Origin: Octopus vulgaris
Taxonomy: Eukaryota
DNA length: 64,000 nucleotides
Reading direction: 5' to 3'
Assembly: GCA_951406725.2 (NCBI GenBank)
Contig: OX597827.1
Coordinates: forward strand, 36,332,001-36,396,000
Shown here: one piece after another, positions 49,810-63,799 of the stretch
Layout: every line of letters begins with the position of its first letter
How positions within the stretch are numbered: position 1 is the first letter of the stretch
Notes under the pieces: model-generated
What the model saw: the letters and a program-made list of their open reading frames with translations, nothing else
Told to the model about the DNA's origin: nothing
Database searches by the model: none
Program-made: the position numbers and the translations under genes

Positions 49810-49893
49810 GTATTATCGTCGGAAGTGTCGCTTGAGACTGATAAGAATTAGGCAGTATTTGGCCAGAATGAGAAAACTTGTTTTGCGTAATAG
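49810..49893 (+). CDS. MAK16: MAK16 coding exon 5 (YYRRKCRLRLIRIRQYLARMRKLVLRNR)
   Basis: ttttag|G...AG|gtaagt; aligns to KCKQRxxKxxQYLIRxRKL; phases consistent. Confidence 0.95.
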
Positions 49894-50519
49894 GTAAGTG
49901 TGTGTGTGGTAAGGGAGCGATATCTACTCCTTCCACAGTCAAGACTGCATTTTTTTAATCACTCAGCATAGTAATCTTTTATACATCTTCTGATACACTT
50001 TATATTCATCTACTCTCTCTTCTCACTTGTACTCCATGATTCATGTAGGTTAATATATGACGTATTCACTGGATTATATTTATGTCTCCAACCTACACAA
50101 ATCCTTCACATTCCATGTTTCATGGCTTGTAGAACCACACTTCTTACATAAATTTCATACATTAACTGGTGCTTTTGATAGTCAGCCACATAGCAGCAGA
50201 GTGAAGTTGGAGTATATTGGGTAGGGTTATGTATTAGATAGGCAGCCCACTCTATATGGGTGTACCAGCAAAGTTGTCGAAATTTTAGGTTCAACTTCAA
50301 ACTTTTGTATCTCAGGAATGCTTAAAGATAAGTTAATCGAATTATCAGAGGTTTTTCTAACTTTATTGGACTCTACTTTGATGATGATGATAATGACTAC
50401 TGCATAAGGAAGTGCTGAGTATGTCAGTTTAGTGGAAGCTCACCAGAAGAATCATGATGAAGTTGATCATGGGATGAAAATGACATTTTCATAAATAACT
50501 AACCATAGCTCAGGATTGG

Positions 50520-51706
50520 GAGCTCATAAAGAATTGGAATAAAGTTTGAATGGAAGCTTTAAGTTTATTCAGTCCTGGTTGAAATCCTGCCTGTTAAGCA
50601 TCAAGAGTTGCTCCTCTTTTGGCAATGACTGACTCAACCCTCTTCCTGACTGCACCACAAGCTTTCTTAATAAATTCCATCCCACATGGATGGAGGTTTT
50701 GAGGGCTTGCAGATTACTGCGGGGCTTCTCACAAGCTTTTCTGACCAGTTGATTTCAGATGCTGAAGTTTAAAGGGTTCAAATCAGGTGATGGAGGCCAA
50801 GTGTCCTTCAAAACCTGGTCTGAAACTTACCTCAAAACTTGGTCCCTAACTCATCCCTAAGTAATTTTTGAGCCACTGCACTTGTATGACAAGGGGCTCC
50901 ATTGAAGTTCTTAGCGATCTTGTTGGGGTTTCTCTTGTCTCTTGCCTCAAGATATTCAGAAAGAATCCAGGTTTTTACATCTTTCAAAACCTGAACATAA
51001 CAAACTCTTGTCAGTCTCTTAGCTTTCTCAAACATGATCAATGACATCTTTTTGCCATCAGAGGCCATGTATGTGAAAATCATCACCATGGCAGGGTTTT
51101 TGCACCTGAAAATGACATTTTTGGCTCACTTGTGAGGATCTGTAACCGGAAAGTGGCTGTTGTGTCTGTTCGTGTGCATATCTTGGGTAAAATTCTTCTC
51201 ATCTGTACAAGCAATCATTCCAGGATTGTGTTTCACTTTGTTCAAGATGATCTTTACCCTTTCCAACCTCCTAGCCTTCTGCCCTGGAGTAATAAGGTCT
51301 CATATATGGTTTCATTTTCAAGTCTTCTGTCTCTGCTCTTTGAACTGTCATAGCTAAAACTCCTCTCTCCTGTGCCAAGCATCTTATAGATTGACTTGGA
51401 TCTCTTCAGCTCTAGATTGAAATGATGATCCCTCTTGCAGATATGACTACTTGATCCAGTTTTCCTCTCCACTATTCCCTCTTTCTCAAACATATTCACA
51501 ACTCTGTTGGTGGGTCTTGAATGGACTTTGATGATGGAAGCCAGAAAATGAATGTTGGTACCATTACTGAAGGCCTGAATGATCTTAGGAAGACATGAAT
51601 GATCTTGGGAAGGCATGGTGAGGCTGGCACAAAATGATTTAGGCCTGTTCTCTTCCTGGTAGGGCATGGAGGCATAAAATATCAAATTTAGTCTGAATGC
51701 TCTGTA
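50520..51706 (-). mobile_element. Decayed Tc1/mariner element, probably DD37D (maT)
   Basis: MASDGKKM.L, NGAPCHTS..AQ and WPPSPDLNPLNFSI remnants; TIR-like tacagagcattcagactaaatttga. Confidence 0.65.
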
Positions 51707-51915
51707 TATATATATATAAGAAATAGTTATACATGTCATCATTTATAAATATGTGTATGTTGTATATATGTTTATATCTGTGTTTTCTGGGAAAATAAGA
51801 AAAGAGGCTGTAGTAATTTAGAAATTTGTAATACTTTTTATTCAAGAATTACCAATTAACTACATTGTCAAAATTATTGAAAACTAATTGAATGTCTTGT
51901 GTCCTTCACTTTTAG

Positions 51916-51970
51916 GCGAAAGTTGGTTCCTTTGCAGAGAAATATTGAACGTCGAGAGAAAAGACGAGAG
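51916..51970 (+). CDS. MAK16: MAK16 coding exon 6 (RKLVPLQRNIERREKRRE)
   Basis: ttttag|G...GAG|gtgagt; conserved KLVPLxxxxERRExRRE. Confidence 0.96.
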
Positions 51971-53388
51971 GTGAGTAAAATCAATTGTATTGGGGTTGTT
52001 ACTGTTACATCAGAGCATTTGTTGAAGGATTTCCAACCAATGCGATCCCACACTGGCATGGCTATGTGGTAGTGAACTTGCTTCCCAACCATATGGTCAT
52101 AGGTTCAGTCCCATCATGTGGCACCATGGGTAATTGTCTTCTACTATACCCCAGTCCAACCAAAGCCTTGTGAATGGGTTTGATGGACAAAAACTAGAAG
52201 GTGCCTGTCATATATGTATATATATATATGCATGTGTTTGTGTGTTTGTTGCCCATTGCCACTTGACAATTGGCGTTGGGCTCTTTACGTCTGTTTAACT
52301 AAACATTTTAAGGCAGTCCAGAGCCTTCAACAAGTCAGATGCAAAAGATAAGTATACCTAGGACTACATTACCTAACTCATAAAGTCCCATACCACAAAT
52401 ATCTACCACTTTTGTAAAATCCTAAATGCATGAAAGTGCAATTATGTACTCTTCAGCACATGCATATGCATATGTATGTGTAGGTATATGTATGTATATA
52501 TGTATGCATATATGTATGCATACTGTTAAGTTTACCCAATACTCATGCTCTTCTCACCTGTCAAATTTATGTCATTGGCATGTTTGATAGTCCCCAGTTA
52601 ATGTTCCTAACACTTATCCTCTTCTCCTATCATTCCCACTTCTATTTTGTTCCTCTTATCACTCTATCAAGCATACCATTGCCACCCATATCTCAGTTGC
52701 TCACACCTTTATCGCTCATACCTTGCACACTAATTGCTCATTTGTCAGTTACTCCCTCCTAAGTCTCATTGTGCTATGCTATTGGTATGACTAAGGATGG
52801 CAGCACGTCTCTTCTTTGTACAGTGCTTCCTGTATTACATAAGGATGCCACTGTATATATTTGACCCTCTCACTGATGCTCTCATCACCTCTCATCTTTA
52901 CCACCCATTCTGTTTCATTCATCTTAAGTAGATCTCATTTGATACATATGCACCTCATACGCTTTATCTAGACTTTGTTCAAAGTCAGTTGGTATTGTTA
53001 CCCATTGTTCACCCTTACTATGTATCCAGTTCATGCCATCCATCATGCTTTCACCTGTGGAGGTGCCATGGTAAAGTGTATGCAGCACACTCTATTAATT
53101 GTGGGATCAAGAGGTCACCATCATTCTTGTCAAAGACATGACAAAGTGCTAGTGTCATGAAAATGCACTCAGTACACTTTATAAAGTGATTGACGTTAGG
53201 AAAGGTATCCAACTAGGGTAACCAAGCCAAAATAAAACTTACAAATGTTACAAGGTTCCCCAACCCTTCTAGGAGCACCCTAGCCTTCTAACCCATGCAA
53301 GCATGGAAAGCAGATATCAAATGGAGATTGTGTCTGTGGTAGCAGCAACAGTTATATAAAATAAAACCTTATTTGTATTTGTTTGCAG

Positions 53389-53463
53389 GAGAAAGCATTG
53401 GTTGCTGCCCAACTTGACAATGCTATAGAGAAACAGTTATTGGAAAGACTCAAATCTGGTGCC
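53389..53463 (+). CDS. MAK16: MAK16 coding exon 7 ([25 protein letters not shown])
   Basis: ttgcag|GAG...GCC|gtgagt; conserved EKALxAAxLDxAIEKxLLERLK. Confidence 0.97.
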
Positions 53464-55329
53464 GTGAGTATTCAAGCTTATCTTTTTACATTCTTCACGC
53501 AAACAGTTCTTATTTTGTTTCTTTGTGTTTTTAAGTCCAATGTATTTTACTAACCACTTTATAGTTTGAACTATGAAAGGCTGGTGTGTGTGATTGTGTG
53601 AGTATGCATGTGTGTACATATGTCTGTGTGTGAATGTTGTTATTTCAATGTGTCACATGAGATGATTTGAATGAAAATCAGTGTCATTGTGTTTATATTC
53701 ATGGTAACATAATATCTTGTAGCTTTGAAGTAGTGAAATAAAACCCTCCTTATAAAAGCATGAATGATTGTTGACAGTTAGAGCATCTGGCCGTGAAATT
53801 ATTGTTTAAATTATTGTTTAAAAAAAAAAAAGTTCTCCCAACCTGTGTCAGCATAGAAAAAATGTCTAATGAATAACTCTCATTATATAGTTATGTATTA
53901 CAAACATATTTCTGTGTTTTGTGCTATATACTTGTATAGTGTAAGGTAACTACAATTTCAGAGATACACTGAAACCTGTTATACTAATTGTAATCCTATT
54001 TGCTTTGCTTGTGACCCACGTGCATAATCAATGCTACGTTCTTCTGTTATAAAGGTGTGTGAGAGTGTACCTATGTATGTGTGTGTATATTTGTCTGTTT
54101 CAAAATATTTTGTTTTATTGATGTATGTTTTAATGTCTGCCTGCATGTATATGTGTAAGTATGAGTATATATGCATATGTGTATATGTATGCATGCATGT
54201 ATAATTCTGTGTTTATGTATATGTGTGTATAAGTGTGTATGTGTCTGCAAATGCATGCAAAATGACTATCCTCATATTTAGTGTTTTTTAAAGCATTAAT
54301 TAAAAGTATTACATTAAAATATTACTTAAACAAATCAGTTTTATGAGTAAAGATATTAGAATGATTGTATGATGTTTAAGACATATTACCATGAAAACCA
54401 GAAACGAAATCAAAAACATGAGTTTGAAGCAACCATTTTTGCATGTATCACTCACAATGGCTTTCAAACAAAAGAACAAAGATAAACATTTTCTTCAAAC
54501 TTTAATTTCATATTTCATAAAATATTGAAACTGAATATTAAAAACGCAAAAAAGAAAAAACAATAGCAGACTTGATTTACTTGCTGATGATCAGATACAG
54601 GTAACTCTGAGTACTGGAAATTAGGGCCTTTCAGTTATAATGTATTAAAGAATACTCTGTATTTGTATTGAGTTCTGTAATTTGTTACTTCTAGTGAATC
54701 AGCAATTACGTATTGAATGCATTTAATATGTATGTTTCAGATAATTGTTCAATTGATAAAAATGGGTATTTCGTCCACTTTCCATGCTAGCATGGGTTGG
54801 ACGGTTCAACTGGGGTCTGTGAAGCCAGAAGACTGCATCAGGCCCAGTCTGATCTGACAGTGTTTCTACGGCTGGATGCCCTTCCTAACGCCAACCACTC
54901 CGTGAGTGTAGTGGGTGCTTTTTACGTGCCACCGGCACGGGGGCCAGGCGAGGCTGGCAACGGCCACAAACGGATGGTGCTTTTTACACAAATCTTCCTC
55001 AGTTAAGACATATCAAAATATAAACAAATTGATGGTATTCACACTTTATTAAACCGGAGCAACTTAGGGACAAGGCATGCTCAGAAGGGGTAGAATATTT
55101 AGAGGGAGGGAAATGGAATAGCAGGGAGGGATTAGTAGTGTATGAAGGCAGGACAAAAATGAGAGAAATTGCAACTATGTGGAAACAGAAGGAAGAGTCA
55201 ACTAAATAAATAAATGTACAAAAGAGCATGTGACAGAATACAAAGAGTAAAAACAAAATAAATGAATAAATAAATGTATCAGAATTATTATTATTATTAT
55301 TATTATCATCATCATCATCATCGTCTCTT

Positions 55330-56090
55330 TATCACAGGTTTTGTTGGCACTCCTGGAGTCTTGCATGCACAGCAGGCTTACCATCCGCAGCCTATGAGAC
55401 CATGCTATTCATTCTTTTCAGCTATCTAATTACTTTCCTGATTATTCTGGCTGTGCCAAAGAGGCAAACCTTTTCTAACTGGGCACTCTATTTCAATTTC
55501 CTTTATATTCCTCTTGATGGCTTCTGATACTGTTCCCAAGGACCCAACAATAATTGGCCCTAGCTTCACCTTCTTTATTTTCCATAAGCCAGGCTATTTC
55601 GTACTTAAGAGGGTGGTATCTATCTTTTCAACTTCCTTCTTGACTATTTATGGGTCAAAGGGGCATGCAACATCAACTATATAGCATATGTGGTGCACCA
55701 TGTCCACCACGACTAGGTCTGGTCTGTCATGCTCTAGCGCCTATTTGGATTGGGAAATCCCAGAAGATTTTTCTAGTCTCTGACCCGGCCACTCTGTGGT
55801 TTATGCACATGCCACGTCTTGCCTCCAGCCCCAACTTTTTGCACAGTTTCCAATGGAGCTCTTTTGCTACCTGGTCATATTGCCACAACTTGTAGGGGTT
55901 TTGGGCCAAGTTTAGGGCATTGGTTTCATCCACTCTATTATAGATGCAGCACAACAGACACACTTGCTCATTCTTAAGGTTGATCCTCCAGTCCATGGTC
56001 AGATCTTGGTCCTGCTCTTCCAGTATAGTGCTCTTGGTTTCTTTTTAGGGTTCCTTTCATCAGCCAATCCCACCTAATTTTACCAGCTGC
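55330..56090 (-). mobile_element. Decayed R4/Dong-like RLE non-LTR retrotransposon 3' region
   Basis: DQVAKELHWKLC, KIFWDFPIQ, VDVACPFD and LFGTARIIRKV; (GAT)/(AAT)n tail. Confidence 0.75.
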
Positions 56091-57394
56091 TGCTACTTAT
56101 CATTATTATGCTTTCATTCTTTGTTTACAGTCATGTTCTTTGGTACATTTATTTAATCTATAATAATAAATGCCAAAATATATCTCTGTGTGTCAGTGTG
56201 TCACACTTTGACCCCTTCTCACACTATTCAATAACACTTGTACTTTTTCTCTTGATGGGGTAAGAGTAATAGTAGGCATAGAGACGGTGATGGTGGTAGT
56301 AGATTGATGGTTGTGATGATAATGGGGTGATAGTAATAGTGTGAGTTGTAGTTGTGATAGAGGCGGAGGCGGTGGTGAATATGGTATGGGTGGTGGTAGC
56401 GAAGGCAGACATGGATTACAGTGATAGTAAGTGATGTGAAAGACAGTGGTGATGGTGGTGGAGGGAAAGGCAGCGACGCCAAAGGTATTGATGGAGGTGG
56501 CATTAGAAGTCTGAATGGTGCATGTATGGCAGTTGTGGCAATGGTGGTGGTACTGGTGATGGTGATGATGGTTGAATACAATCAACAGAAAGGGAGAGAG
56601 AGAGAGAGGTTAGACAGAAAAAAAAATTGTACTGTCCCCTGAATGGGAAGACAAAAAAAATGTTTATCATGCAGCTTTGCAATAAGTTCCAAATCGACAA
56701 ATTATATCATTGTTTTGATGAAAATTGTTCATTGCTTGAAAAATATTGGTCAAGTTTAATAAAATTTAATATGTACTCAATGCATGAAATGTCACTGTTG
56801 GGCCCAAGGCCCAATGTAGAGCCTTCCACAGGAGCTAGCTTAAAAATCACCTCATCGGGCAGCTTTTAGGCTAGATTCTTATATATCTAGTTGACCCTTC
56901 CTTCTTCTCTTGCCATATTGTTCTATCTCCATCACCATTCCTTTATCTTCATACCTACGGTACTGATCCCTTTTCCTCCTTTTTTTCTCTCTTTTCCTTT
57001 CCAATCTTCTCTCTCTTTTCTACTTCCCACTCTTTAGCTATTTTACCCCTTCTGACCATGTTCTTCTCTCATCAAGTAGGCAACATGAACTGCTCCAACC
57101 ATATATACTATGTCTTAACTGAAGTAGATTTTATGTAAGAGAAGAAATTCCTTTTTATCTCTTGCACGATTATCTGAAACATAGATATTAAATGCATGCA
57201 AAATATTACTTGATATGACTTTATTATTATAACTTTGTAATTATGACTCATGCCAGTATAAGCCGTCCAGTTCTAACTCCATCCACATGGATACTATAAG
57301 GATTTGGGGTGGCTTGTTCGATTTGACTTGCATCAGAAAATCTGGTAGCATGCATCACTTCTAAGTCTAACATGAATTATATATAAATCATCCT

Positions 57395-57626
57395 TGCTAG
57401 TGCCATGTAAAAAGTTCCTGTACCTGTGCCATGTAAAAAAGCACCATTGCTGGTGCCACATAATAAAGTAGCACCCAGCAAGTCTGTAAAGTGGTTGGCA
57501 TTAGGAAGGACATCCAGCTACAGAAACCAAGCCAAATCTAACCAGAAACTGTTCTAGCTTGCCAGTTCTGGTCAAACCATCCAACACATGCCAGCATGGA
57601 AAATATATGTTAAATGATGATGATGG
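57395..57626 (+). mobile_element. RTE LINE 3' UTR fragment, tail-to-tail with the next copy
   Basis: gtggttggcattaggaaggacatccagct...catgccagcatggaaaa..gttaaatgatgatgatg. Confidence 0.75.
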
Positions 57627-57671
57627 ATAATATATATATATATATAAATACATGCACATACATATATATAT

Positions 57672-59342
57672 ATCATCATCATTTAACATCCGCTTTCCAT
57701 GCTAGCATGGGTTGGACGATTTGACTGGGGACTGGCGAACCAGTCTCCAATCTGATCTGGCAGAGTTTCTACAGCTGTATGCCCTTCCTAATGCCAACCA
57801 CTCCAAGAGTGTAGTGGGTGCTTTTACGTGCCACCAGCATGAGAGCCAGTCTGGTGGTACTGGCAATGGCCACACTCAAAAATGGTGTTTTTTATGTGCT
57901 ACCTGCACAGGAGCCAGTCCAGTGACACTTCCAACGACCTCGCTCGAATATTTTGTTCACGTGCCATTAAGGTGGTGCTGGTAATGATCACGCTCAAATG
58001 GTGCTTTTTACATGCCCACTGGCACAGAAGCCAGACAGCTGCTCTGGCAGTGATCCTGCTTGGATGGAGCTGTTAGAGCTCCATTGTCACGGGTGCCAGT
58101 CATCAAATTTGGTTCAATTTCGATTTCACTTGCCCCAAAAGGTTTTCGCAAGTAGAGTTTAGTGTCCAATGAAGGGAGGTTGGCATGGGTGCCAGTCGTC
58201 GAATTTAGTTCGATTTCGATTTCACTTGCCTCAACAGGTCTTCATAAGCAGTTTTGTGTCCAAAGAAGGAAAGGTATGCATAAGTGGGCTGGCTACATCC
58301 CTGGTAAAGGCCATGACTTATGGTCTTGCTTGTTCTGCCGGGTCTTCTCATGCACAGCATATTTCCAAAGGTCTTGGTCACTAGTCACTGCCTCGGTGAA
58401 GCCTAATGTTCGAAGGTCGTGCTTCACCACCCCATCCCAGGTTTTCCTGGGTCTACCTCTTCCACAGGTTCCTTCAACTGCTAGGATGTGGCACTTTTTC
58501 ACACAGCTATCTTCATCCATTCTCGCCACATGACCATACCAGCGCAATCTTCTCTCTTGCTCACCACAACTGATGCTTCTTAGGTCCAACTTTTCTCTTA
58601 AGGTACTTACACTCTGTTGAGTATGTACACTGACATTACACATCCATCGGAGCATACTGGCTTCATTCCTTGCAAGCTTATGCATGTCCTCAGCAGTCAC
58701 GGCCCATGTTTCACTGCCATGTAGCATGGCTGTCCGTACACATGCGTCATACAGTCTGCCTTTTACTCTGAGTGAGAGGCTCTTTGTCACCAGCAGAGGT
58801 AGGAGCTCTCTGAACTTGGCCCAGACTATTCTTATTCTAGCTGCTACACTTTCAGCACACCCACCCCCGCTACTGACTTGGTCCCCTAGGTAACGGAAAC
58901 TATCAACTACTTCTAGTTTTTCTCCCTGGAATGTGACAGAAGTTATTCTCTGCACACTTTCAGCGTTTATTGCTCCTGAGCATCTGCCACAATCAAAAAC
59001 TATTTTCTTAGTTAGCCTTCCTTTGACATTGCTGCACCTCTTATGTGTCCATAGTTTACACTGGGTACATCTTATAGAGTTTCTACCTATGCCTTTTCTA
59101 TAGATTGAGCAGGGCCATCAACCTGAAGGGATTTGTGGTTTGTCTATCTTCCTACTTATTAGGACTTTGGTTTTAGCTAGGTTGACTCTAAGGCTCTTCG
59201 ATTTTAATCCTTGCTTCCACATCTGAAACTTCTCTAGTTCTGATAGTGACTCAGTAATTAGAGCAAGGTCGTCAGCATAGAGGAGCTCCCAGGCACATCC
59301 TATCTTGAATTCCTCTGTTATTGCCTGGAGAACTATGATAAA
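57672..59342 (-). mobile_element. 5'-truncated RTE LINE (RT YADD to 3' UTR)
   Basis: WELLYADDL in ORF 59118-59468; ORF 58293-58955 LEVVDSFRYLGD..RLRWYGHVARM..GRGRPRKTW. Confidence 0.93.
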
Positions 59343-59726
59343 TCTCTCTCTATATAAACGGCAGTTTGTCTGTGCGTTTTCTGTGTGTCTGTTTTCTCGT
59401 ACCCTCACTCTGACCACGGCTTTCAACCGATTCTGATGAAACTTGACACACACATAGCCCAATGTCATAATTCAAAACTAACGCAGCGAAAATTTTGAAA
59501 AGTTCCCCCAGTTCTGAAAAAGATCGATAAATTCGACATGGGGTCGAGAATCTGAAACCCAAACCACAGACCGTCTAGGGGACGCAACTCCACCTTTTTT
59601 ATCCATCAAAAAAAATTTACCATCATTTTTTTCCCATTTTTTTGCTATTTTTTGGCTATAACTCTCTAAAAATGCTTTATAGTTATTTCCCTTACAAACC
59701 TGAGCAACGCCGGGCGATACTGCTAG
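59343..59726 (+). mobile_element. Non-autonomous Helitron
   Basis: 5' TC after host A; 3' hairpin cctgagcaacgccggg, then CTAG (59723-59726) before host T; no TSD. Confidence 0.85.
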
Positions 59727-60549
59727 TAGTTTATATATATAAATAGATGTGTGTATTTTTAGTTATTAAGAAAATATACATTAAAAAATTACATAGTTTT
59801 TACATAAAGTAGAATATAATATTATATAACTTTACTGTTTGTTATTACATAGGTTACTACATGCATGTCTACATGTATATGTGTATATATAGATATGTAT
59901 GTATTGATTTATACGTTAAGATATGTATATATAAATATTATAAACATTTTCAATTATTCATGATATTTACAATTAGTTTTAATCATTCGGTCTTCAATCA
60001 ACCAACCGTAACTGAGACAAAGAAATTCAAATTTGTTAAGCAATTAGATTTAGCTTATGATTAAAAATAATTGCTCCCCAATCCCCGATAGATTTAAATC
60101 ACTAAAATATTAAGATATAACGAATAACAAGACTCTTGTAGCTAATCTATTATCTCTTAACACATGAACTCTTATTACGAAATATTCTGTGAAATTATAT
60201 TATTAATTCGGTGTAGAAACATGTATGTATAATTTCGTCATAACAAAAAGAAAAAAATTTTCATATAGATATTGGTGTATATTTGTACATATGAATATAT
60301 ATGCATGTTGCTTCAATTTGTTGCCCACGTGCATGGACTTATGTGTATGCAGAAGAATAATATTGTAATAACTCTGGTCTAACTGTATGTTATATGTATA
60401 TATTGACTGTGATTTTAAAATTGATAAGATTACCTCTTTCGTAACTATCTGTTTATATTATATTATGGTATACTATATATTGGAATCTCCTATAATATAT
60501 ATTGTGAACTGAAGATTACACTGAATCTATTATTATTATTATTATTATT

Positions 60550-60580
<31 letters not shown>

Positions 60581-62266
60581 GTAATAATTAAATATTATGT
60601 GTGTATTCATGGATATGGATGTATATGTATGTTCCATATATGTATATATATATGTATATAATTAATTGTCTATATGCTTGTGCGTATGTTTAATTGTGCC
60701 TATTTATGTACATGTATAGGCAGTGGCCGGGCAACAAAATTTGCTGTTGGACTTATAAAACTTTAATTCAACCCCTTTAATTCTTGATATCATTTCTATC
60801 CTGTGTAAGCTGGACATTTTTTATATGTAAACATATGTACACTTTTTGTATTAAATGCATTTAATATTTTTTGTATATCAACTTGCCTAACCTCACATTT
60901 ACTCCTCCACCTCTTGAGTACTATGAAGTGTATTCTGTACAGAGAATATCTGTTTCTCATCTATAAACCATGTGTGTGTGTGTGTGTGTGTGTGTTGATA
61001 TGTGTGTATGTGTATAGCTGTGTGTTATATTTATAAGCATGTGTATATTCTTGCATAGATGTGTTTCTGTGTATGTTTGTGTGTGTATTTTGTATATTCA
61101 AGATTAATACACTGTATGGAAAGTATATGGAGATATGGTTGGTGTGAAAGTGTGATTGTTGAAAGTTCAGACTTCTTTTGTGGATATTAGATGATTTTGA
61201 ATAAAAGTTTATAACTAAAGAACACAGTTTGTTGGTGTTAGGTTGACTTTCTGCCTAGAAGCACTTGTCCGTGACTTCTTTAAAATCTTTACACCAACTG
61301 TCTTGTCCCTAAACCAGCTGACCACCCGTGTAATTACTTTGGTAGTTATTTTAGATCATTTGGTTATATTTTTAAGTTACTTTATCTCTGTTATTTAGCT
61401 TAAATTTTTTTATTTGGCATTTAAACTTAACTGATCTAAGGGCATTCATATGTGAAGAAATTTTTTTCTATACTAGATAGCAACACAGCTTGTCTTTGCT
61501 CTGTTGTTGAGCTTTTATTGGTCAAATCACTGTAATTTTATTCACTTTTGGCCTTCTATACATTGTAAGTATAGAGTGAATTTTATGTGATCTGATGAGC
61601 TTTCTTTATTTGCACTTATTTGTAAATATGCAATTGTATAAAACTGAGCATACATACATACTAGTATGTATTATACTAATGTATACTTTGTATAATTTCT
61701 TATACACTGATTTACTCATATAAATATAAATACATACACACATACACACAATGGTACAGCCCTGGCTAAGCTAAATCATAAAATATATCTGAAGTTCCAG
61801 ATTAGGCAGATAAGTTCATGTGAAAGACAATAGCCATCTTTGGCACAATTACCTTTAATTAATTTGATGGGGGTGAGTGTAAGATAGTGATAAATTTGGG
61901 TTGTACAAAGTTGATCTGAGTGGTAACAATGGTTGAAGGAAGGGTATGTGTGTGTGTGTGTAAGGAAAATTAGAAGGTCATCCGGGAAGGAGCTGTCATA
62001 ATCATGTTCTCTACATAATCTTAGGTTTGGACTGGGGCGATGGAAAAGAAAATTGTGAAGGAGTAGAAGGTGGGAGGAGGGGGCATTAAGATGTTTACTT
62101 TTTTTTCCTATTTTGTACTTGATTTTACATTTTCGTGTGTGTGTGTATATACACATATACATATGTATGCATGCATATATACAAACATAGAAAAGGAGAA
62201 AGGTGGTCATGCTCAAAAGCATGTGAATAGTTATAACATTTATACATACACACATCCTTGAGACTC

Positions 62267-62298
<32 letters not shown>

Positions 62299-62422
62299 GT
62301 TGGTATATAATGTGATGAGCAGATATTCATAGTAACATCACTAGTTAATGCCCCCACCTGCCCTCTTTTCCCCACTTCCTTCTCCACCACTAATTTATCA
62401 CTAATTTGCTCTTGTCTTGCAG

Positions 62423-62605
62423 TATAATGAAGTGTACAACTTCCCAATGAAGGCATTTACCAAGGTGTTAGATGGAGAAGAGGTAGAAGAGGAGGAGGAG
62501 GAGGATGAAGAAGAAGAAGAAGAGATAGACAGTGAAGAGGAAGGAAACCGAGGGCAGATTGCAGAGGAGGTGGAAGAAGAGATGGAGAAAGTGAAAGGCG
62601 AGAAG
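62423..62605 (+). CDS. MAK16: MAK16 coding exon 8 (YNEVYNFPMKAFTKVLD plus acidic tract); gene continues beyond the window
   Basis: ttgcag|TAT...AAG|gtaaaa; conserved YxxxYNFP..AF...L followed by a Glu/Asp-rich tail; donor less certain. Confidence 0.92.
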
Positions 62606-62689
62606 GTAAAAATATTAAAATTTTTGTTGTTGTTGGTTTGCTGTTGCTCAGAGTGATGATTGTGATATAAATATTTGTGTAATAACTAT

Positions 62690-62975
62690 TTTTTTATTCT
62701 TTATTGTTTCAACCATTTGACTGCAGCCATGCTGGAGCACCGCCTTTAGTTGAACAAATCGACCCCAGGATTTATTCTTTGTAAGCGTAGTACTTACTCT
62801 ATCAGTCTCTTTTGCCGAACCACTAAGTTACGGGGACGTAGACATGCCACCATCGGTTGTCAAGCCTGAGGCTATAGTAGAAGACACTTGTCCAAGGTGC
62901 CATGCAGTGGGACTGAACCTGGAACTATGTGGCTGGTAAGCAAGCTACTTACCACACAGCCACTCCTGTGCCTAT
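62690..62975 (-). mobile_element. SINE family A, internally deleted copy
   Basis: Head and tail present, middle missing. Confidence 0.8.
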
Positions 62976-63799
62976 ATGCAAAAATATCGAAGTTTATGCA
63001 TATATACAAACATACTTTCTGTTTCTTTTGTGATGCTTATACATATCAGCATCATCATCATTTAAATGTCCATTTTCCATACTGGCAAAGGTTGGATGAT
63101 TTGAAAGGAACTGACAAACCAGAGGACTATTTCAAGCTCCAATAGCTACTTTGGCATGGTTTCTATGGTTGGATGCCCTTGCTGGTGCCAACCACTTTAC
63201 AGTGTAGTGAGTACCTCACAAAACTCAGAGATGTAGTATTGAGAGAAAGGCTTCATACCAGTTGATGAAATTAAAGTATAATAGAGGAACAGGAAAGCTG
63301 GAAAAAATGAGAAAATGGTGGCTATGAGGTATCTGAGCACCCTTCAAGTTACAGGAAGGTGAATATAAGAGAAGTGGTACAAAGGATTTGATAAAGTGAG
63401 TGGGTTGGTAAGTTCTTGAGGGTGTGAAAGGAAAGGTAGATGGATTAAAATGAGGTGAATGCAGTGAATAGTAAAAATGGGTGGGGGCATGGTCAGAGGT
63501 AAACATGGTTGGTGGTGGTGGGGAATTGGAGTATATCAGGGAGATAACAAATAATGCGAAGTATGTGGAGGGTGTAAGAGAGATGCATGGTGCTAGAGAC
63601 GAGTGATACATAGTGGTGAGAATAGTGAGTGAGGAATAGAGGTAGTGGGGTGTTACTGGAAAAGGAGTGGTGAAAGGAGTATTCAGTAGGGATTTGCACC
63701 CCACATCAGCTTTAACTTAAGCTGATGTCGGGTGCAGAAATGTATGTCGCGATCCACTGTTAAAGCCTGTTAACTTCCATCCTTGTGTTTTATTCATCA

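Noticed and set aside
56193-56642. His/Pro/Thr-rich ORFs
   Set aside because: Degenerate (GGT/GAT)n low-complexity intronic sequence
61776-62456. 226-aa - strand ORF overlapping MAK16 exon 8
   Set aside because: Low-complexity, microsatellite-derived composition, antisense to an intron
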